A program made the position numbers and the translations under genes. The notes beneath the pieces were generated by a model, which saw only the letters and a list, made by a program, of their open reading frames with translations, had not been told where the DNA came from and did not search any database. DNA of 63,354 nt, filler included, from Bipalium vagum (taxonomy: Eukaryota), in the NCBI GenBank assembly GCA_037834085.1. It is 3 parts of 3 records of this genome, joined end to end, with 100 filler letters (N's around TTAATTAATTAA, not from the genome) between each part and the next. Parts side by side here need not be neighbours in the genome. Positions count along the whole stretch, not along the records: positions 36,784 to 63,354 come from JBBMKC010141663.1; 2 more parts are not named here. One strand, 5' to 3'. This document shows, piece by piece, positions 52,603 to 63,354 of the stretch; position 1 is the first letter of the stretch, and each line of letters begins with the position of its first letter.

Positions 52603-52745
52603 TAGAGGGATCAATAAAAAATGTCGTATTAAAAAAGTATTTAGCGACAGAAAAATGCATAATAATGATACATTTATGTACTGTAATATTTTTTTTTAAA
52701 TAATAATTTCTTTTTTATAAACGGCATTTCTTATGGACCCCTCTA
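52603..52745. mobile_element. Small MITE (~143 bp) with ~33-bp imperfect TIRs and TA TSD
   Basis: TA-tagagggatcaataaaaaatgtcgtattaaaaaa compared with the reverse complement of the right end, TA-tagaggggtccataagaaatgccgtttataaaaaa. Confidence 0.75.
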
Positions 52746-53524
52746 TATTTAGATGACAGACAAAAGAAGCTGAACATCCGCCTATCATTAATGTATCTAC
52801 ATTTTTTGGATCAATGGCTAACTATTGCTAATAGTTTTTAATATTTTTAATGTACCACTATAATATTCATGTTGTAATTTATTGTGATCAGATGATCTGA
52901 AGAAAATGTAGACATTTTTCTTAGAAAAAATCGATTTGTATTTACCATGCTCATTGATAAAATAATTGATATTACCAGTAAAACTTTAGATCACATATTA
53001 AAGGAAAATTTGACAGCTTTTTTTGGTGACACAAAATAGAAAGAAATTCAAAACCATCAAATGTCTTGAAGTGAAACAATAACTGATTGAGATCAAATTT
53101 TTTCTGTTTTTTCATGAAAATGTGATTTTACATAAATATTTGAATTCTTGGTTAGAAAAAAGCATTAATGTGCTTGACCGTCATCCGTAGAGGAACTTAA
53201 TACCATTTGACTTGTGGGAATTCACAATAATAAAATTGTCTATGAAGGGACAACCCATGAATCCACTGAGGATATCCAAACGACCTTTTATCTTTAGACG
53301 GATTTCTAAAGATTATCTGTATTGCTTTAAAATATTTTTTTAACCTCCTGTATTGAATACCAAAACAATTTCTATTAAAAATAGCTTTAAATGTATGTTC
53401 ATAAAATGCAAACTGTATATATTTTCGCCAGTCACCTGACCTATTTTACAGCTTAGTATAATATTTAAGGTAAACATGTAACTTAGGTCATTATTTTATT
53501 TTTTGTTTAAAAATTAGTCTTAAT

Positions 53525-54610
53525 TTTAGGTGTAGCAGGTTAATTCTACGGATTTTTTAAGAAACCAAAGCATATTTATTTTGAAAACAGAGTATGTTGA
53601 AAATAGTTTTCTTCTTTTTACCAAATCCATTCATAGAGCCATATTTTATGTCTTCAAAATTATGAAACCGTTTATCACGGAGTACATTTATCATCGATCT
53701 AAAAAAGAAGTAATTAAATAGATTAAGATTTGGAAAATATGTCAGATGATGTAAGATGCTCCATCTAATCAATTTCAACGATTCCACGAGAGATTTAGTC
53801 ACATGAGGAGAAGAATTTTAAAACAATAAAATCACTTAACAGTATCTATCAAACCATTCTGACCGTTTTCGCTTCAGTACTATATCTATTTTCAGCAATT
53901 GCTATGCATAACGAGTACTGCCTACTGTTTCATCTGGTCTTAATGTGTTATAGAAGACCTCTCCTTCTGATTTCAAAAGATACATTGTAAAGGTTTCTGT
54001 TCATGATTATTGTGCTTTGTAATGGAAGTTGCCGGCTGAATCAGATAAACCCACGATCCATTTTTCGTGATCTGTTATTATGCCATGCAAAAAAAACTTT
54101 CTTTAGTGTCTCTCATTTTAAGATTTTGAAAATTTTTTTCGTTTTTTCATCATTTTCTCATTTAATTCACGTGAAATCCGGTTTTCTTTGACTTGAATCT
54201 TTCCATTTATATGATAAGAAATGATATGTCAATTTAACTTCTCATGTTGTTTTTTTTATATTCAGATGGTTTCCAATGCCCAGACTTCAAAATAATTACT
54301 TTGTCTATTAAATTAAAATCGCCTTTTCTAAATGGGTTGAATTATCGTTCGACGATGTGTTGAGGCGTAATGGAAACCATATGCTTCCAAAATTAGACGA
54401 TGACTTTCAGGTGGAGTTCTCTTTAAATTGAATAATAAAAGCATGGAATGCCGCACATATTCTTTTATTGGCTCATATATTGACATGTTTAATTGGTAAA
54501 AATATGAAATTGTCAGTTTAATAATTTATTTTGGCTGTTAATTTGAAAAACTTAAATTGCAAAGTTTTAAAAATAAAATAAATCCGTAAGAAAATCTGTA
54601 GTTTAACATA
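53525..54610 (-). mobile_element. Degenerate mariner element
   Basis: WSILHHLTYFPNLNLFNYFFFRSM...LRDKRFHNFEDIK is a decayed WEVLPHPPYSPDLAPSDYHLFRSM. N-terminal remnants lie near 54400-54480. Confidence 0.75.
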
Positions 54611-57479
54611 AATATAAAAAAATTAACTAATACTATAGTTAGAATACACTATTGTTGTTTTTTTTTCGATTTATTGCCATAACTAATACTGCGAGTAATT
54701 AAACTGATTTATAATTTTTAAATTTTTATATTGTGCCTAATTTAAATTTAATTTTAATATTTATTTTATTGACATGAATTTTGATATTTAGTGGCACAAT
54801 ATATTAATTTATTAAGAATCGAAAATTTGTTTAAATATTTTTATTTTTAAAAGACATTCAAAATATATTGTTTAAACTATGACTAATTTTGATATTGCTG
54901 CTAACAAATACAATATATAAATATAAATAAAATAATTAATAAAAACCAACCTTTAATAATAAATAAAAAAAATTTTAAATTTGTTAAAATAATATTAAAA
55001 AAAAATAATTTAGCAACCTTAACTGCATGCATACCATATTTAATGCCTTTAACCAAAGTTCTTTAGAAACCATTACTTTTTATATCTTTCTAAAATGTTT
55101 ATACGTAATATGCAATATTTATAAACAAAAAAATTTCCCAATTAACACTTAACAGTAGAATCTATTATTTTCATAGAAACGAGTGATAAATTAAGAAAAA
55201 ATCTTTATAATTAATTTTCTATATTTATCTTACCTTAAAATCCATAAAAATATGTTAGCGTTATGTTTATAATTTGGTAATGAAAATATTATTTTTAAAA
55301 CAAACTAACATCATTTTATAAGCTTTTAGAAGCATTACAAGAAGCAAAAAATATAATTAAATTGGAAAATGACATGAACACACATTACAGAAATATAAAA
55401 TAATTGATTAAAAAAATTTCAAAATTATATTCTTGAAATATTTTTTGTTTAAAATAAATGTTGAAAAAATGATATTTTTTCAATCCATTTCTTTCAATTA
55501 CTTTCTTAAATATTTAAGTTGACATTTTTTAATTTTAAGTTATTTTTAATAAATCAAAAATGTTTAAAATTGAAATTAATATAAAATATTTTATATGATT
55601 GTAATATTATATTTCAATTTTTCTGATTTGCTATTGTCAAATTTCACAATAGATTTTAAAAATGTGCTTCATTTAATTTTAATAATAAGTGAAAATTTAA
55701 ACAATTTTTAAATTATGATCCTTTTCGATTTATTGGCAAATGTATTAATATATTGATCAATTCTAATTTTTTGTTGGTGATCAGGGTTTTATGAAAAGAC
55801 AAGATATTTTGTGTCTTAATAAATTTTTTCTTTGATAAAATTCTCCTCAAAATAGAATAGAACGCTCAGTGCTGGTTTCATATTGCAATTAATATTAAAT
55901 TTATTTCTGATCTATTATTCCACAGGGAAAAAACTCGTGTACCATTCAATTGATAAAAGTGATTCAGTTTCTGGTTAAATAAAAATATAAAGTTCATAAA
56001 TAAATAATAGGTTATGAGGTCCATTATTGTAAATGACAAAATTGCATGATAAATTTTAATATATAATTATCGAATTATTGCCTTTGCACTCATTAAATAA
56101 TAATTTGAAATATATATAATTTATTTGACAAAGTTCCACTGACAAATAAGTGCATCGATATATTTTAAAATCGAAAAATATTACTTTTAATATTAAATAT
56201 AAAATTATAATATTAAAAGAAATGAGATCTGTCATTTCGATGAATCTTAATTAAAAAAAATTTTCTCCATTTTTCATCTTATGTTGTTACAGTACTCGTA
56301 CTTTAGAAAATACGTAATATTCAAAGAATCATTTCTAAAATTTTTATTTCTATAATATAATAAAGAATATAACAATAAGTTTTAATATCATTTCTCCACT
56401 AATTTCAACAGATCTTTCACACTTGTTGCAACGTAAACAACTGTTCGATCATATGAACATTTTCGGATTCAGTTATAAATGATCGTGTGAGCTGAGAGTT
56501 TTTCTAATAGGACAGTTACACTGATAGCAGTATGAACTGTTTTGAATAAGACGGTGTTGGGCAAGTCACAGAAACACAGTCATAGGTTACATGAGATAAT
56601 TGCTGAACTCAAATAAACAATAGTCTTCTTGGAAAATATCTTCTTGAGGTAATTTAAGTAATGGAATTAAAAATTGATGTTTGGGAACTTGATCTACCAC
56701 GCCACATGGTTGCTTAAATTAAGTCTAAAATAAATTCCAAAATTATGTATAGTGAAAAAAGGTATCAGAAGAATTTTGATACTTTAAAATATTGAACGCC
56801 GCTTAACTGAATGATTACTTCAATATTATTAGTAATGAGGATCAAAAGCATATTATATGAACTACAAGCTTATAAACAAGTAGGAGGACCAAAATTAAAT
56901 TTAAGAAAAGAAAATCGAGAAACCAGCTGTCAACTAATGAATTACACGGAATATTAAATGGCTGGTGACTTTCAACAAGCGATGATGACAGTGGTTTTTC
57001 GTGAAATGTCAGAGAAGAGTAAGGTGAAATACATTTTTACATTTGAAAATATTGTACGAGTTAAAGTTCTTTCTTCATTAATGTCTACTTTATGTCAAAA
57101 ATCAAATATAAAACTGAATTTACATCACTATCAAACAGTTTTATGAAATATTCTGCAGTGGTCCTTATTCATTTCAAACAGGAGAACAATTTTAATATGA
57201 AAATGATAATCTGAAAATAAAGATATTAATGTCAAGCTTGATATAGTTCAAACAGTTCAAATTTGAGCCATATTGAAATTTTAAGGGTCTTACTACTTTT
57301 ACTCTGAAGTGAAATTAAGGAAAGTCAATTAGGAATTATTTGTTTTATAGAATGAGTATGGTATGGACATTCAATATCGCTCAAATGTATTTTTGCTTGT
57401 GGTTAATCTTGTTACGGGTTTGAGTTCTATATCAAGTGTAGTGGTTCTTATCATTTCCTAATGGCCAGTACAATAGTTG

Positions 57480-58010
57480 GTAGTGCAGGAAAACCGAAAT
57501 ATTTGCTAAGCAAAACCTTTATCCAAAGAAAACATATGATAGCTGCTTAATGGTCTGCAGCTGGATTAATTCACTATAACTGTTTAAAACGTGGTGAATC
57601 TATCACAATTTAATCATGTAGTTGATGTAGGGCATCAGAATTTGGTTGAAAATCATCCGGCAATTATTAATAGAAAGGGACTTATTTGGCTCCACGATGA
57701 TGCAAAATCACATATTTTGAGATTAGCAGCACACAAGAGGCATATGAAATTCGAAGTCTTACACAATCTAGCCTATTCATTCTACTTCTCACTATCATAT
57801 TATCATATTTCTAAACATATGGGTACATTTCTGACCAATAAAATGTTTAAGAACCAATAGGAAGTTAAAAATGTCATTCTTCAGTTTTTGAGTTCAGAAA
57901 TTCTGATTTTGAAAAATATATGATTGTGTCAAAAAATTGTTGCTTTTGTTGTGGATTTTTAATAATACACTTGTCGGTTACAAAACGAAATTATTTTTTT
58001 ACCAACCTGA
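57480..58010 (+). mobile_element. Mariner C-terminal fragment with right TIR
   Basis: INRKGLIWLHDDAKSHI...EVLHNLAYSFYFSLSYYH; the right end tttaccaacctgaTA is a typical mariner TIR end. Confidence 0.8.
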
Positions 58011-58957
58011 TATGTTATGTAGTCAAAGATTTGGAAGTATGGTATTTCTGTAGAAAAAAAGAAAATGAATATGTATAGGGAGTTTTAGATAAATCGAGAA
58101 TATTTTCAAACTAATATTATTACTTGTCTAAATAAGCTAATATATAATTAACTTATATATAAATATATTAATCAAAAGTAAATTTTAAAGTTTTAGATGT
58201 CTTCGGGATACAACAGAAATAGAAAAAGTTAATTGCTGATTGTGATTTTAATAAAAGATAATTGACCATAGATTGAATTTAAATTGGTGATTTGTAAAAC
58301 TCGAAAAATTCAAAGATTTCTTAAAGAAGCAAGTATGGAGTTTATTAGAATATGCCCGAGTTTCGTCGTGTTTGACTCACAGCGAGCAACTATATAAGGG
58401 ATCCATTGTTGCTCTAGAAACCCAAAAGATTTTTAAAACACAATGAGAAATTTTCTTTTTTCTTTTTTGTATTGATTAACTTGTTCTCTAACACTTGTTC
58501 TTTTATTGATATTATTAATTAGGAATAATTGCTTTACTTAAATAATCAATTGTTATTCGGTTATTATATTTCGTATTTTTTGTTATCTTCTTAGTAAAAG
58601 AAGTAGTATGACGTGTAGACATGGAACGGTGGACGTTATAATAATGGAGTGTCGGTATTGAGTACGCAGAATTCGGCAAAGTGTTGACTGAGAGAAATTT
58701 TATGACTAACCTGACATTTTTCGTTTTTGCTGAAGTTTAATAAATTTAGTATTATCACACGTTATATTTCATTCGTAGGATTACAGTAGAACCTAACCAC
58801 AAAAGATTTAGGAGTCAGACTAATAAAATAGTAATTCAAATACTAATAAATTTAAATTGATAAATTTCACATTTATTTTGTTTCTATAAAAAGGAAAAAT
58901 TAAAAATGGTCAAGTAAGAGATTGAAAATATTAACAGTATAATTAATGATTTTTATA

Positions 58958-60183
58958 TTAAGTGTAAAACTATGACTCCGGTTTTTTTAATAAGAAAACA
59001 AAGACATTTATTACACATTTTATTTAAAAACACTTATTGAAAAAATGTTTTATTGGAAGCTACAACCTTTGCCCACCTTTCAGGTAACAAATGAATTCCA
59101 TGAAAGAAAAAATCCGGCTCTTTTGATGAAATCCAGCTGTCAATCCAATTTTGGAGATCTTCAAGGGAACTGAACCGCTCTCCGGAAAGTGCTGATTGCA
59201 AAGAGCGGAACCAATGTTAATCCGAAGGAGCGATTTCTGTTGAATATGGCGAGTGAGGTACCATTCTGTACCTTCTAAGTAATTATTTACAACTGAATTA
59301 ACGTGTGATCTTGCGTTATCATGTTGTAAAATTATCTTTTCGTGTCTAGTCACCCATTCCGGTTGTTTTTCATTCAAAGCTTGCTTTAAACGAATTAATT
59401 GCGTTCGATAAAGTTCACCAGTTAGTGTTTGAGAAGATTTTATAAATTCATAATAGATCACTTTTCGGATCCCACCAATATAACTTTCAAACCCTGGACA
59501 TTTTGTTTGGTGTTGATCACCCAAGCTGTTTTGCGTTTTGGATTGTCACAACGAATCCATTTTTCGACAACTTCCTTTTTTGTCTCTGAAAAAGGACATC
59601 ACAAATTGTTTATCGCCGTTCAATGCATCTTTCTGTCAATTCATGTGGGATCCAAATTCCTAATTTTAGAATAATTAATAAAGCTGCCAAACGTTTTGAA
59701 ATGCATTGTTGAGTCACATTTAGTGCAACAGCCAGATCAGATTGTGTTTGGTATGGGTCTTCGTCCAACAGCCTTCTCAAATCTCTATCTTCACATTGTT
59801 TTTGTGATTTCCCATGCTCCTTGTCGTTCGTATCATATTGGCCATTTCTGAAACGTCAAAACCAATCTTTACATGTGGTCATCAAAGGAGCATGCTCTCC
59901 ATAGGTATCTCGAAGCAATCGGTACGTTTCCGATGACGTTTTCTTGGCAATAAAGTAATGTAGAATTAAAAAAAAAAATAAAATGTCGTTTATTTGTGAT
60001 GAATATTGACTTTTTGAATCGCTATAATATTTAAACAAGGAATATTAAAACTACTGTCTCGTGATATTATTTATTATATGATATTTTGTTTATAAATAAA
60101 TTCTATATATTTTAGATATATATATGCAAACAAAATTTTTATTATCATTTAAAAAAAAGCCGGGGTCATAGTTGTACGCCTAA
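58958..60183 (-). mobile_element. Mos1/mauritiana-like mariner with both TIRs (1226 bp), inactive
   Basis: TIRs TA-ttaagtgtaaaactatgactccgg and ccggggtcatagttgtacgcctaa-TA. Transposase ILHYFIAKKTSSETYRLLRDTYGEHA...CKDWF; WIPHEL; KIILQHDNARSHV. Frameshifts and deletions. Confidence 0.93.
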
Positions 60184-61249
60184 TAAATATAAGGCAAAAA
60201 TAATGTTTCCGAACAAAGCAACATTTGAAATGATAAAAAATAATGTATGAAATAAATTAAATAAATGACAAAATATTAATCAATTAATGGGTAAATAATA
60301 CCAGTTTTATGATTAATAAAAAACGAGATAATAAATTCATTAAAATTTTTTGGCCCGTGATTTTGATCATAAATTTTTATGGTTAAGTTCGAGGACATTA
60401 TTTGCGTTTCTGAGGAACGTTGACAATAGATTTTTAAAGTTGATTAATTTTATGAGGTTGAACATTCCTTTCATATGCTTTATCTCAAAAATTTATTTTC
60501 CTTGCAGACTGAAAAATCTATATGCCAAAAGAGGTATGACTTTCATGTTAATGTTTTATCATAAATGTCAAAGTTTATTATAGAACTTTATTAAGAGCTT
60601 GGTTATAATTTTTAAAATGAAATGTCTTATTTACATCTTTTTAAAGTGTGGATCATGTTTTATAATATATTATTTGTTTAAATCACAAATTTTAATCAAT
60701 ATTTTTTTGAAATATTAACACTAAATAAAAAGCACAAAAGTAGTACTGAGTGTATTCTACAGATTTTTGATTTGTTTCTTCTTTAATATACATAGTTAAA
60801 TATTTTTTGGTAATGTTACAGTTTACGTTTGAAACAATATTGATCAATACTGTTTCTTGCACAAAAGAGACTAATTATGAATACATTTATGCGTCAGCTT
60901 ATCAACAATCAATCAAAGGCGTTTAATTATTCATAATACTTGTGCAATAATAAAATAATAATAAAAATAGGATTTACATTTAAAATTATGATTTTACGAA
61001 CTTAAACTACATTACCATATTTCTTTCATATACCTTTAAATTTTGTCTGGTATATATTTTCCGTGTGATATACAGTCTGATACATTAAATTGTTCAGTAC
61101 AAGAAAATCGACACTTTCAATTAAATAACTTTGTTTATATCAGATTATTTATAGTTGTCAATTCTAATTTAAAGTTTTGTAATTCATTTTGTTAAACCAT
61201 GTAAGTAATTTTTGCTTTATATTAATATTTTATTATATTATGAATTATA

Positions 61250-61600
61250 TTAAAATTTTCTTCACGGAAACGGGTGAACCACTTCTTGCATTGTCTTTTT
61301 TTAAATAACATCTTCACCATACACTTTCACTATTTTCTTTCTTGCATCAGGTGCCATTTTTCCTCTTTTGAAATAAAAAAATAAAATATTCCGCATTTGT
61401 TCGTCAATGTTCTCCATTTTTGAAACCCTATAAAAACATGATAAGTTTAAAAAATGAAGGTCAAACTGTACTTACATTTTAATTTTTAATGTAAATAAAC
61501 AATCAATTGTAAATATTTATATATTGCGTTGTATATTAAGTAAAAAATCTCAAATTATCAAAACTACTAAAAAAACGCACTGACTTTTTGAACAACACAA
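61250..61600 (-). mobile_element. Mariner 5' end (TIR plus N-terminal transposase fragment, mellifera-like)
   Basis: Minus strand TA-ttgtgttgttcaaaaagtcagtgcg TIR-like end, then MENIDEQMRNIL...KRGKMAPDARKKIVKVYGED. Confidence 0.75.
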
Positions 61601-62060
61601 TAGGTTGTTTAAAACTCATTGTCGATTTCAGATCTTAAACGTTTAATATAAATATTTCAAGTAAAACAGAACTTTATAAATCAAAATATGAACCATTCAA
61701 TTGAATACATTTCGTTCAACGAGAATATATTTTTATATAAATTGGTTTCTGAAAAATCAATTTATTAAGAAATAGCTCAAATGTTTAAAGAAATGGAAGC
61801 AAGTTGGTGAAAAGTCTGATGAATACGCTGAATGCGGCAAAATTTCATAGACAAACTTGTTTAATTTTTGTATGGCTATTTTTGCGACTTGCAGCCGAGC
61901 CATATGGTGAAACATAATCGGTTCTTTTCTATTGACTAATGACAGATGATATTGTTGAAGTCTTAGGTGCATTTCAAATTTCTGACAGTAAATCTCTGTC
62001 GTAATTGTTTGCTCGAATTCAAGAAGCTGCGATGACTTGATTGATCAGTATAGCAGGTGC
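61601..62060 (-). mobile_element. Mariner C-terminal fragment
   Basis: LVNRKEPIMFHHMARLQVAKIAIQKLNKFVYEILPHSAYSSDFSPTCFHFFKHL matches the mariner HDNARPH...LPHPPYSPDL region. Confidence 0.82.
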
Positions 62061-62134
62061 ATGTTAAATCTCGTTGTGTTACACCACTGAAAGTGATACG
62101 CAAAGTGATATCTTGCTTATATTTTAAGAAGATA

Positions 62135-62940
62135 TTACAATATATTATTTTTTACGTTTTCAATATAATCCAGGTAGACTTGACTTGGTTGACTATTAAC
62201 ATCATATATTTTGTAAATTTCGTAGCTGAGCTTGCATTCATCATGATTTATGGGAGAGATAAATATTGGTGAATATGTAACAGAATTGCAACGGTAAGTC
62301 AGTATCACTTTGTTGTTTTTCAGAGTGAAAAAAGATTTTGAACAATAATTGAATTCGTTTAAGTCTTTCTGGCACAAGGCATCATAAGCTGATATGCATA
62401 GAGAAGTCTTCATCGTTTCATAAATCTATAAAATTCATCATAACAATATTATTCACTTTATTTCTCCATTATCACACTTGATTTCCACAGTGAACGCGAA
62501 GTTTACTGTCATGGGGTTCCATAATTTAGATTAATTATTATTTATCAATAATCACTCTCACCTTTTATAGACCGAGGAATATCACAGTATTCCCATTCGG
62601 AGATTTTCGAATCAATGAAGCACCAAGGTCCATAAGGAAAATTGGTAGGGTTTCTGCAGTAGTTTTTATCTATTTTGGGATTGATGCCCTCAATTTTATT
62701 TCCACCAATTTTCTTCAGCATTTTTTTGTTCCAATACAAACAATGATGTCCACTTTTAGTCACGTTTTTAGTGCCAATGTATTCCCTCCCAAGAGTAGTA
62801 CTGATACTGACTGGACGAAAATTACAATACAGTCACCATTAGTTTCTTTTGGTGTAAATTCGGCTTTGGAAAATGTTGTGGGGCTTGATCAAGATCCAGC
62901 CATTGAGCTGACTGCTGTCGATTGTCGAACAGTATCCACT
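62135..62940 (-). pseudogene. Kringle-domain gene with a downstream PAN/apple-like exon, apparently disrupted
   Basis: Exon ~62562-62810 encodes LGREYIGTKNVTKSGHHCLYW...KNYCRNPTNFPYGPWCF...WEYCDIPR, a clear kringle with NYCRNP, PWCF and WEYC. ORF 62135-62413 is Cys-patterned and ends LDYIENV, which is PAN-like. Flanking exons cannot be joined in phase without stops. Confidence 0.75.
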
Positions 62941-63281
62941 TTTAATTAGTGGTCACAAACCGGTCGAAAAAGTTTTATTACGGTGGAGCAGATGTGGATA
63001 AATGCAACCTCAAACAGACGATTTTATTTCAAAATAATTTTAAATAAATTAGATTTATAAAAACCTATGATAATTTTTAAACAGCCGGGTGTTAACAAAA
63101 GATTAGACTGTGATATTTTAATTTCAGCATAAAAAATTTGCTTCCTTGAAAATATAAAAAAAAGTAATGACCATTTTGCTTTTTTTCATCTGCAACTTTC
63201 ACTTATTTGCATCAAATCGAGTTATTCAAATTGAAAGATTTAACACAAAATTTAAACAAAATTGATAAGGAAATGTCAATA

Positions 63282-63354
63282 CAGTGAAACCTGCTTAAAT
63301 TGAACACCATAGTGTCCTTGCTGAAAAGTTCAAATTAGAGAGGTGTTCAGATAA
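63282..63354 (+). mobile_element. Left end of a pogo/Tigger-like element or MITE, running off the window
   Basis: TA-cagtgaaacctgcttaaattgaacacc resembles CAGT.AAACCT...TAA pogo-type termini. The partner end is not in the window. Confidence 0.5.

Noticed and set aside
56400-57200. Coding-like decayed tract, possibly another DNA transposon (similar tracts at 3300-4080, 4780-5370 and 46000-47100)
   Set aside because: No motif could be identified with enough confidence to name a family.

Overview
Very AT-rich (roughly three-quarters A+T by eye) eukaryotic, most likely invertebrate animal, genomic DNA with short spliceosomal introns (about 45-65 bp). Two artificial 100-bp spacers (N44-TTAATTAATTAA-N44) split it into three assembly pieces. 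One intact host gene can be reconstructed exon by exon: an 11-exon striatin-family gene (about 783 aa, minus strand, 39012-49996) whose three longest introns each hold a Tc1/mariner insertion. There is also a disrupted kringle/PAN-like locus near the right end and a decayed multi-exon pseudogene at about 23.9-26.4 kb. The rest is a transposon graveyard: many mariner copies, DD41D/rosa-like, pogo-like, Tc1/Tc3-like IR/DR and Chapaev3-like remnants, MITEs, Ty3/Gypsy pol fragments and a cluster of solo-LTR-like modules. The most notable observations are a frameshifted adenain-type protease typical of Maverick/Polinton viruses, a Tc3-like DD34E element carrying a host-sized intron, apparent erosion of striatin's calmodulin- and caveolin-binding motifs, and LTR-like modules with a folded GC-rich core next to a splice-donor-like motif. 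I found no intact novel multi-gene system.
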